Of a stretch of 64,000 nt of DNA, positions 12,114 through 21,646 are shown piece by piece. Source of the stretch: Squalus acanthias (Eukaryota); assembly GCA_030390025.1 (NCBI GenBank), contig JASTWF010000033.1, forward strand, positions 436,001-500,000, written 5' to 3'. Position 1 is the first letter of the stretch. Each line of letters starts with the position of its first letter. A program made the translations under genes and the position numbers. The notes beneath the pieces are model-generated. The model did no database searches and was not told where the DNA came from. It saw nothing but the letters and a program-made list of their open reading frames with translations.

Positions 12114-12163
12114 GACCTCGTGGCGCAACGGTAGCGCGTCTGACTCCAGATCACGGCGGGTCA
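12114..12163 (+). pseudogene. tRNA-Trp(CCA) pseudogene with variable-loop/T-arm deletion
   Basis: A perfect 5' half GACCTCGTGGCGCAACGGTAGCGCGTCTGACTCCAGATCA is joined directly to CGGCGGGTCA. Confidence 0.9.
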
Positions 12164-12617
12164 TTGTTCTATTAGATAATCCCGGAATTCATATTTTCTT
12201 TGCTGTTTCACAATAATCAGAACCTTGCTCCAAAGACTATCTCACTGTTTCCCCAGTGTAAGAGAAAGAATCGCCAGAATGCCTCATTTATTTAATGTGA
12301 CAAGACACAAGCACAGGTATTCGTTCAAAATCAACCTGCAGGTGGCCACACACAGAGTAAACAGAGCCAGCGAGACAGACAAAATCGGGAAACACCGGGA
12401 AACAGACAAGAGATATTGACAAGGACTGAAAGCGCTTTGCGATCAGAAAATGCCTGAATCCCTGTGGTTAATGAAAGGGCTTTTGACGCTTGATTTCCTT
12501 ACACACCTTGGAATTCAGGAGAACCTGGGTCGTGGTTTGCAGAACAAGTTAAAACCCTGGGACGGCGCCAACAGGTGCCTGAATGCAATCAGAGACAAGG
12601 ACGCGCTAATTTATCAG

Positions 12618-12692
12618 GCCCGGCTTGCTCAGTCGGTAGAGCCTGAGACTTTTAATCTCAGGGTCGTGGGTTCGAGTCCCAATAATTGGGCG
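12618..12692 (+). pseudogene. tRNA-Lys with a CTT-type body and TTT anticodon, probable pseudogene
   Basis: GCCCGGCTTGCTCAGTCGGTAGAGCCTGAGACTTTTAATCTCAGGGTCGTGGGTTCGAGTCCC...TTGGGCG, with a distorted T/acceptor junction. Confidence 0.85.
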
Positions 12693-12916
12693 AATGCTGT
12701 TTGTTAAACATGTATGCTGCTTCCACGGGAAAGCGTCATTAATTAACCGATAACCTTCTTTTGCCCAATGAAATATATGCTAACTGAGGGAGAGTCGATA
12801 TACAATAATTTAATTTGTGCTTTGCATGTTAACTGTTACCCATATCTCATTTTGTCTAATTGAACAGGACCGGTTATTTCTACCGTGCACAGAAAATAGA
12901 ATCAGCAGTGAACATC

Positions 12917-13885
12917 AAAAGCACAGAAGGAGGCCATCCGGCCCATCGAGCCCATGCCTGCTCGCTGCAAAACACTTCAGCTGGTCCCACTCCCCCGCCC
13001 TCAGCCCTGCAATATATTTTCCTTCGGGTACTTATCCAATTCCCTTCTGAGAGCTACGATTGAATCGGTCTCTACCACGCTTTCAGGCAGTGCATTCCAG
13101 ATCCTTATCACTCGCTACGTAACTTTTTTTTCCCTCATGTCGCCTTTGGTTCTTCTGCCAATCACCTTAAATCTTGATCCTCTGGATTTCGACCCTTCCA
13201 CCAATGGGAACAGTTTCTCTCTATCTACCCTGTCTAGACCCCTCGTGATTTTGAACACCTCTATCAAATCTTCTCGCAATCTTCTCTGCTCTAAGGAGAA
13301 CAACGACAGCTTCTCCAGTCTATCCACGTAAGAGAAGTCCCTCATCCCCCGAAACAAGCTTGTGAATCTTTTCTGCCTTCACATCCGTCCTAAAATGTTG
13401 TGCCCAGAATCCTCCACCTGAGGCCTAACCAATAATGTATAAAGGCTGAGCATTACTTCCTTGCTTTTGTAATCTATGACTCTATTAATAAAGCCAAGGA
13501 TCCCGTAGGCTTTTTAACAGCCTTCTCAACTTGTCCCGCCACCTTCAAAGATAGATAAATACACCCCAGGTCTCTTTGTTCCTGCACCCGATTTAAAATT
13601 GTACCATTTAGTTTGTGTTGCATCTCCTCAATCTTCCTACTAAAATGGATCACTTCACACTTCTCTGTGATAAATTCCATCTGCTGTGTCTCTGCCCATT
13701 CCACCACTCTTTAGATGTCCTCTTGAAGTCTGTTACTTTCCGGATCATTGTTTACTACATTTCTGAGTCTCCTTTCATCTGCAAACTTGGAAATTATGCC
13801 CAGTATACCCAAGTCCATGTCATTAATATATAGCAAAAAGAGCAGTGGTGCTAATACAGACCGCTGGGGAACACCACTGTATCCT
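12917..13885 (-). mobile_element. Decayed CR1 3' fragment
   Basis: Peptides RLEKLSLFSLEQRRLREDLIEVFK and KCEVIHF. Confidence 0.85.
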
Positions 13886-14050
13886 CCTCTCCCCTCTTCC
13901 CTTGCCTCTGTACTTGCTTAAAACCTGTTACATCTCTAATTTTTTTCAGTTCTGACGAGAGGTCAGCGACCTGAAACGTTAACTGTGTTTCTCTCTCCAC
14001 AGATGCTGCCTGACCTGCTGAGTATTTCCAGCATTTCCTGTTTTTAATTA
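13885..14050 (+). mobile_element. Penelope-like element terminal fragment
   Basis: A hammerhead-like core followed by TCTCTCCACAGATGCTGCCTGACCTGCTGAGTATTTCCAGC; family assignment is from recognition only. Confidence 0.6.
13947..13985 (+). ncRNA. Minimal type I hammerhead ribozyme motif
   Basis: CAGTT-CTGACGA-G-AGGTC-AGC-GACCT-GAAA-C-GTT-AACTG contains both core boxes, stem II, and stem I (CAGTT/AACTG). Confidence 0.65.
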
Positions 14051-14460
14051 AGACACAAACACATTCGTTCAAAATCAAAATCAACCTGCAGGTGGCTACA
14101 CACAGATTAAACAGAGCCAGAGAGACAAACAGAATCAGGAACCATCGGGAAATAGACAAGAGATATTGACAAGGACTAAAAACGCTTTGCTTTCTGAAAA
14201 TTGCCTGACCGCCTGTAGTTAATTTGATGGTTGATTTCCTTACACACCTTGGACTTCAGGAGAACCTGGTTGCAGGGGATAGATGGCCTCCTCCTGTTGC
14301 TATGTTCCCATGTGTAAAGTCTGGATCAATTTCTGCCAATCACACAGCCTTCCTAAATATAGCACCATAATTCAATTCTTATAAAACAAGCCCCTGAAGT
14401 ATCCGCCAGCTGTGCAGGTTAAAACTCGAGTTATGTTCGATATCGAACGAGCAGCTCAGC

Positions 14461-14531
14461 GTTTCCGTGGTTTAGTGATTATCACGTTCACCTAATGCGA
14501 AAAGTTCCCGGATTGAAACTGGGCGGGAGCA
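14461..14531 (+). pseudogene. tRNA-Val(AAC-type) pseudogene
   Basis: GTTTCCGTGGTTTAGTGATTATCACGTTCACCTAATGCGAAAAG...GAAACTGGGCGGGAGCA. Confidence 0.82.
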
Positions 14532-14654
14532 TTTTTAAAAACATGTTAAACAAAATATTCGATAGAATATTAGAATAATTCACATTTGTGGTTCAAGATT
14601 AACAACTATTACATTTGCTGTTCCTCTGTACAGTTCTGTTCACACTCACAGGGG

Positions 14655-15280
14655 CAAAGAGATGGTATGAGAATGGAATGGCAGCCAGCATAAAAGGTAA
14701 TCCAAAAGCCTTCTACAGGCATTTAAATAGAAAAAGGGTAGTAAGAGGAGGGGTGGGGCCGAATGGGACCAAAATGGAGACCTGCGCATGGAGGCAGAGG
14801 GCATGGCTGAGCTACTAAATGAGTACTTTGCATCTGCCTGCACCAAGGAAGAGGATGCTGCCACAGACATAGTGAAGGAGGAGGTAGTGGAGACACTTGA
14901 TAGTATAATAATTGATAAAGAAGAGGAATTAGATAGGCTGGCTGTGCTTAAAGTAGATAAATCACCAGGAGCGGATGGGATGCATCCTAGGAAACTGAGG
15001 GAAGTAAATGTGGAAATTGCGGAGGTACTGGCCATAATATTCCAATCCTCCATAGATACGGGGATGGTGCCAGAGGACTGGAGAATTGGAAATGTTAAAG
15101 CATTGTTCAAAAAAGGGTTAAAAGATAAACTCAGCAACTACAGGCCAGTCAGGTTAACCTCGGTATATGGAAGCTTTTAAAAACAGCAATCAGGGTCAAA
15201 ATTTACAGTCACTTGGATAGGTGCGGATTAATTAAAGAAAGCCAGCAGGGGTTTGTGAAAGGCTAATCGTGCTTAACCAT
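14655..15280 (+). mobile_element. CR1 ORF2 internal fragment
   Basis: Peptides LNEYFAS, KSPGADGMHPR and NYRPVRLTSV. Confidence 0.85.
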
Positions 15281-15357
15281 CGTGTTTTTCGCTGCCGAAC
15301 GGCCTACACCTGCTCCTGTTTCTTATGTAGTGATGTTAAGATTGGGTCCCACTTGAG

Positions 15358-16900
15358 AAATCTTAAAAGAAGTGGCTTGTGAGATAGTTGATGCGTTAGT
15401 TATAATTTTCCAAAATTCCCTAGATTCGGGGAAGGTTCCATTAGATTGGAAAATAGCGAACGTAACTCCTTTATTCAAAAAGGGAGGGAGACAGAAAGCA
15501 GGAAACTACAGTCCAGTTAGCTTAACATCTGTCATAGGGAAGATGTTAGAAGCTATTATTAAAGACGTTATAGCAGGGCACTTAGAAAAGTTCAAAGTAA
15601 TCAGGCAGACTCAACATGGTTTTGTGCAAGGGAAATCATGTTTTACCAATTTATTGGAGTTCTTTGAGGGAGTAACATATGCTGTGCAGAAATGGGAATC
15701 GGTGGATGTACTGTTCTTCGATTTCCAGAAGGCATTTGATAAGGTGCCACATCAAAGGTTATTGCGGAAAATAAAAGTTCATGGTGTAGGGGGTAACATA
15801 TTGGCATGGATAGAAGATTGGCTAGCTAACAGGATACAGAGAGTAGGCATAAATGGGTCATTTTCTGATTGGCAAAATGTTACAAGTGGTGTGCCACAGG
15901 AATCAGTGCTGGGGTCTCAACTTTTTACAATTTATATAAATGACTTGGATGAAGGGACCGAAGGTTGGGTTGCTAAATTTGCTGATGACAAAAAGATTGG
16001 TAGGAAAGTAAATTGTGAAGAGGACATAAGGAGGCTACAAAGGGTTATAGATAGGTTAAGTGAGTGGGCAATGAACTGGCAAATGGAGTATAATATGGGA
16101 AAATGTGAAGTTGTCCATTTTGGCAGGAAGAATAAAAAAGAAGCATATTATCTAAATTGTGAGAGATTGCAGAGCTCTGAGATGCAGAGGGATCTGGGTG
16201 TCCTAGTGCATGAATCGTAAAAGGTTACTATGCAGGTACAGCAAGTAATTAGGAAATCTAATAAAATGTTCTCGTTTATTGCGAGGGGAATTGAATACAA
16301 AAGTAGGGAGGTTATGCTTCAGTTATACAGGGCACTGGTGAGACCACATCTGGAGTACTGTGTACAGTTTTGGTCTGCTTATTTAAGGAAGGATGTAAAT
16401 GCATTGGAAGCAGTTCAGAGAAGGTTTCCTAGACTAATACCTGGAATGGGCGGGTTGTCTTATGAGGAAAGGTTGGACAGGCTAGGCTTGTATCCGCTTG
16501 AGTTTAGAAGAGAAAGAGGTGACTTGATTGAAACATATAAAAACCTAAGGGGTCTGGAGAGGGTGGGTGTGGAGAGGATGTTTCCTCTGGTGGGAGAATC
16601 TAGAACTAGGGGTCACTGTTTAAAAATAAGGGGTCGCCCATTTAAGACAGAGATGAGGAGAATTTTTTTCTCACAGAGGGTCGTGAGTCTTTGGAACTCT
16701 CTTCCTCAGAGGGCGGTGGAAGCAGAGTCTTTGAATATTTTTAAGGCAGAGGTAGATAGATTCTTCGTAAGCAAGAGGGTGAAAAGTTATCGGGGGTAGG
16801 CGGGAATGTGGAGTAATCGGATCAGCCATGATCTTATTGAATGGCGGAGCAGGCTCGAAGGGCCGAGTGGCCGACTCCTGGTCCTAATTCGTATGTTCGT
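15358..16900 (+). mobile_element. 5'-truncated CR1 LINE (RT domain through 3' tail, one in-frame stop at ~16218)
   Basis: ORFs 15372-16220 and 16230-16799 are in the same frame and contain [16 protein letters not shown] and RPHLEYC; the CR1 3' UTR follows. Confidence 0.95.
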
Positions 16901-17050
16901 AATGACCATACTTGGCACAAAAACAACAAGTGGGTCAGGTTATACATATCAGTCAGATGGAACACCTGTGAGGTAAAAAGTTGTGTTTGATTCTTACGTT
17001 ATATTTGCTTCAATTATTACGTTTTTAATCTAGTTTTAAACAGGACCAAC

Positions 17051-18580
17051 CATAGAGTCATAGAGTCATAGAGTTATACAGCACAGAAAGAGGCCCTTCG
17101 GCCCATCGTGTCTGTGCCGGCCATCAAGCCCTGTCTATTCTAATCCCATTTTCCAGCACTTGGTCCGTAGCCTTGTATGCTATGGCGTTTCAAGTGCTCA
17201 TCTAAATGCTTCTGGAATGTTGTGAGGGTTCCTGCCTCTACCATCCTTTCAGGCAGTGAGTTCCAGATTCCAACCACCCTCTGGGTGAAAAATGTTTTCC
17301 TCAAATCCCCTCTAAACGTCCTGCCCCTTACCTTGAAACTATGCCCCCTGGATATTGACCCCTCTACTAAGGGGAAAAGTTCATTTCTATCTACCCTATA
17401 TTTGCCCCTCATAATTTTGTACACCTCAATCAGGACCCCCTCAGGCTTCGCTGCTCCAGGGAAAACATCCCCAGCCTGTCCAGTCTCCCTTCATAGCTGA
17501 AACGCTACAGCCCAGGTAACAACCTCGTGAATCTTCTCTGCACCCTCTCCAATGCAATCACATCCTTCCTATAGTGTGGCGACCAGAACTGCACACAGTA
17601 TTCCAGCTGTGGCCTAACTAGCATTTTGTACAGCTCCATCATAACCTTCCTGCTCTTATATTCTATGCCTTGGCTAATGAAGGCAAGTATCACATATGCC
17701 TTCTTAACCACCTTATCTACCTGTCCTGCTGCTTTCAGGGATCTATGTACATGCACACCAAGGTCCCTCTGATCCCCTGTCCTTCCTAGGGTCCTACCAT
17801 TCATTGTGTATTCCCTTGCCTTGTTAGTCCTCCCAAAATGCACTCACACTTTTCAGGGTTAAATTCCATTTGCCACTGTTCTGCCCATCTGACCAACCCG
17901 TCTATATCGTCCTGAGACTAAGGCTTCTCTCCTCGCTATTAACCACTCTACTAATTTTCGTGTCATCTGCGAACTTACTGATCATACCTCCTACATTCAT
18001 AACTAAATCATTAATGCACACTACAAACAGCAACGGACCCAGCACCGATCCCTGCGGTACACCACTGGACACAGGCTTCCAGTCACAAAAACAACATTTG
18101 ACCATCACCTTCTGCCTCCTGCCACTAAGCCAGTTTTGGATCCAATGTGCCAAATTGCCCTGGATCCCATGGGCTCTTACCTTCTTGATCAGTCTCCCAT
18201 GCGGGACTTAGTCAAAAGCCTTACTGAAGTCCATGCAGACTACATCAACTGCACTACTCTCATCCACACACCTAGTCACCCCCTCGAAAAATTCAATCAA
18301 ATTGGTTAGACATGATCTCCCCCTGACAAAGCCATGCTGACTAGTCTTGATTAATCCTTGCCTCTCCAAGTGGAGACTAATTTGGTCCCTCAGATTTTTT
18401 TCCAATTATTTCCCTACCACTGACGTTGGGCTCACTGGCCTGTAATTCCCTGGTTTATCCCTACTACCATTCTTGAATAATGGTACTACGTTAGCTGTCC
18501 TCCAGTCCTCTGGCACCTCCCCTGTGGCCAGAGAGGTTCTGAAAATCTATGTCAGAGCCCCTGCAATCTTCTCCCTTGCC
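17051..18580 (-). mobile_element. Decayed 5'-truncated CR1 LINE
   Basis: Four consecutive RT fragments ([33 protein letters not shown]) and a CATAGAGT tail. Confidence 0.92.
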
Positions 18581-19204
18581 AGAATAACGTCATCTCCTAC
18601 ACAAAGCCATGGGAAAATTACAAATTGATTTGGCAACTTTTCTTGCATTGCATAGGAGTACATAGGATTACATAGGATATACAGCACATAAACAGGCCAT
18701 TCGGCCCAACCAGTCCATGCCGGCGTTTATGCTGCACAAGAGCCTCCTCCCGTCTTTCCACATCTAACTCTATCAGCATAACCTACTATTCCCTTCTCCT
18801 TCATATGAATATCAACCAGCTCTCCCGCAACCGGTGCGGTCTCCCTTCGAGCCTTTCGGTGCCATGTCTGTGAGGAAGCTTTCTGATTGTCCCGAAGCCG
18901 GTATTAGGTTTATCTTCCTGATCTGCAGTAACGAGAATCTTTCACTTGGCTCCGATCAGTTCAATTCACCGGTAACATCAGAGTAAATGTCTCATTGTCT
19001 TAAACCAGGGAAAGGTGCCTGGACCGCCTCTGGACAGTCGGGCAGTTCAGCTCTTCATTCTCCCCTCATTCCGTTTCCAAAAGCATTTCTAAAGATTCAC
19101 AAAACTGTTCACTGTATTTTCTTGTTTTGTTCTTTTCGATTTTTCCGGTCCCAACTGGCAATATTTTCCAAATTTCATCGCAATCCTCCACCTTACATCA
19201 TGTC

Positions 19205-19655
19205 CAGGGATGAGGGACTTCACTGATGTGGAGAGGCTGGAGAAGCTGGGATTGTTCTCCTAATGGCAGAGAAGGTTAACGGGAGATTTAATAGAGGTGT
19301 TCACCATTATGGGCCGGGTGGGGCGTTGATGGAGCAGACAGGGAGAAACTGATTTTACTGGCAGGAGGATCGGTTACCAGAGGACACAGATTTAAGATAA
19401 TCGGTAACACAATAAGCCAGGGAGGAGGCGAGGCGATTTTTTTTTTACGCAGCGAGTTGTTATGAGCTGGAATCCACTCCTTGAATGATCGGTGGAAGCT
19501 GATTCAATAGTATCTTTCAAAAGGGAATGTAAAAAGTAAAACATTGCAGGGCTAAGGGAAGAGCAGGAGAGTGGGACTAATTGGAAAGCTCTTTCAAAGA
19601 GCCGGCACAGCCACGATGGGCCGAATGGTCTCCTTTAGTGCTGTATGATTCTATG
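19205..19655 (+). mobile_element. CR1 3' fragment
   Basis: Decayed ORF2 C-terminus and 3' UTR ending in GTATGATTCTATG. Confidence 0.75.
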
Positions 19656-19861
19656 TCCCATCCTTGACAGCAGTCCCTACCCGCGGGAAGCGTTTCCCCA
19701 CCTCTCCCGTGTGTGAGCTGTAAAATGTAGTGGAGGAGAAGGATTGTGAACTTTTAGTGTGGGACACAAGTGATGTTGTTTAAGTTGAACCAACACATTC
19801 CCGATCAGCACAGAGGAAGTTCACTGGTCAGTTCCGCTCTGATGCAGTTACAGTACCAGCA

Positions 19862-19934
19862 GTTTCCGTGGTGTAGTGGTTATCACGTTCGCTTTGCAGG
19901 CGTAAGGTCTCCGGTTCGATCCTGGGTGGGTTCA
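19862..19934 (+). pseudogene. tRNA-Val-bodied pseudogene (TGC at the anticodon position)
   Basis: GTTTCCGTGGTGTAGTGGTTATCACGTTCGC-TT-TGC-AG-GCGTAAGGTCTCCGGTTCGATCC; the acceptor stem is mismatched. Confidence 0.82.
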
Positions 19935-20425
19935 TTTTGTTTTAACTTGTTGTGGATGAACATCTCGAGGCGAGTTTATTCTCCTGTCAAAAGGGCTACA
20001 GTGGCTGCTCCCTTATTCTTTTATTGCTCTTTATTTCACTTCACTATATAGATAACTTTGAGTGAGAGAACACTGATCAACAGTGACGCCCATTTCATCT
20101 TTTGATCGCTTTGGGAATCTCCGAATCCCTCCCCGGTAAAGTTCAGAAATGTAATTCATTAATCTGCACGGTGGCCGTCAGTAAGAAGCCTTTTCTGTCT
20201 GGATCCGGGAGCGGAGCTGGTTTGAGGCTGAAGATTGCCGCTACTGTCGATAGATTTTTGTTGGTTAAGGGTATTAAGGGTATTACTGAACCTAAGCAGG
20301 TAGATGGAGTTAACCCACAGATCAGCCCGGGATCTAAATGAATGGCGGAACAGGCTCGAGGGGCTGAATGGCCTCCTCCTGTTCCTATTGAGTCGCTGCA
20401 ATGCAATGCACCCGAGTGCTGGATG

Positions 20426-20498
20426 GTCTCCGGTGTGTTGTGGTTATCGCAGTCAGCTAACACACGACAACTCAACGGTTCGAAAGTGGGTAGATGCA
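20426..20498 (+). pseudogene. Degenerate tRNA-Val(AAC)
   Basis: GTGGTTATC...CTAACAC...CGGTTCGAAA at Val spacing. Confidence 0.6.
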
Positions 20499-20894
20499 AC
20501 CTGATGGCTTTTCTCCATTCAAGTTCAGTAAATATGAAAACTGGAATCAATTACATGTTTGGTTAAGTATGAATAAAATACGCATTGAAAGGCGAATTAT
20601 GCCACTCAAATGGCATAGTTACAGTGAGCGAAGTAATTCTCAATGATATTTCCCATATAGGACACAGTTTTGGTTGCGTACTATAAGGTTTTTTGGGGAA
20701 AGTTGGCGCTGATTTAGGGAATCTCATCCTCGCGTGTCGTTACTGAAGATGTGGACATATTTTATTTAAAAATTGAGGCTCGGAACCTTGTCATTGATAA
20801 TGTGGGAGCAGAACAACACAGATTAATAGGACAACACAGGGTCAGCGATAGGATTCAAATTGCAGTTTCTATCGGTCTGTATGGCTATCTTTTT

Positions 20895-20983
20895 AATAAG
20901 TTGGTCTCGGGTTGTGATTCTCGCTTCGGGGTTGTTGGTTACATTTTGCCGGAAGTTCCCGGATTCAAATCCCGGAGGTGCCC
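20895..20983 (+). pseudogene. tRNA-Pro(CGG) pseudogene with a ~16 nt insertion after the anticodon
   Basis: GTTGGTCT...TGATTCTCGCTTCGGG[GTTGTTGGTTACATTT]TGC...TCCCGGATTCAAATCCCGGAGGTGCCC. Confidence 0.75.
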
Positions 20984-21258
20984 GCGTTTTGAAATTGCAG
21001 TTGAAACTTTTGCAAGAAAGACTTGTCTTTCTGCAGCGCCTTTCACCCACTCAGGACGTCACAGCTGGTTCTCGTCGAAATTGATCCCAACGAGAGTGAT
21101 GTGATTCGGCGAGGGAAATCACGGAGCTTTTCAGGAGGTTACTCACTTTGGAATGAAATATGTTCCAATATATTCGATTGGGGAAATGTTAGTGAAAGAG
21201 AGTCAGTGGAGAGAGAGCGAGAATCAACAATTCAATCTCGCCTTTGACACGTTCTTTC

Positions 21259-21330
21259 CTGTTTGTGGTGTAATGGTGAGCGCTCTGGACCCTGAATCCA
21301 GCGCTCTGAGTTCAAATCTCGGTGGAACTT
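21259..21330 (+). pseudogene. tRNA-Gln(CTG) pseudogene
   Basis: TGGTGTAATGGTGAGCGCTCTGGACCCTGAATCCAGCG...GAGTTCAAATCTCGGTGGAAC; the 5' acceptor strand is degenerate. Confidence 0.87.
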
Positions 21331-21646
21331 GTTTTGTGTCAATCTCTATGATTCCCATGGAAATGGCGACACTTTTTAACATCTGCAGACAGATCGATTC
21401 TAGTAAATAACATTCCACAAGCCTCCAATCCTGAGTTGCTGCTGCAATCCATGTTACTGGAGCTCTGAGTCCAGCTCCTGCCACAATGACAGAATGCTGT
21501 TCTTGGCGGAGATTGTTGAAACGATGCGTCTCTTTGTGTCATAGATACATAGATACATAGATACATAGAAGATAGGAGCAGGAGTAGGCCATCCGACCCT
21601 TCGAGCCTGCTCCGCCATTTAATGAGATCATGGCTGATCCTCCAAT

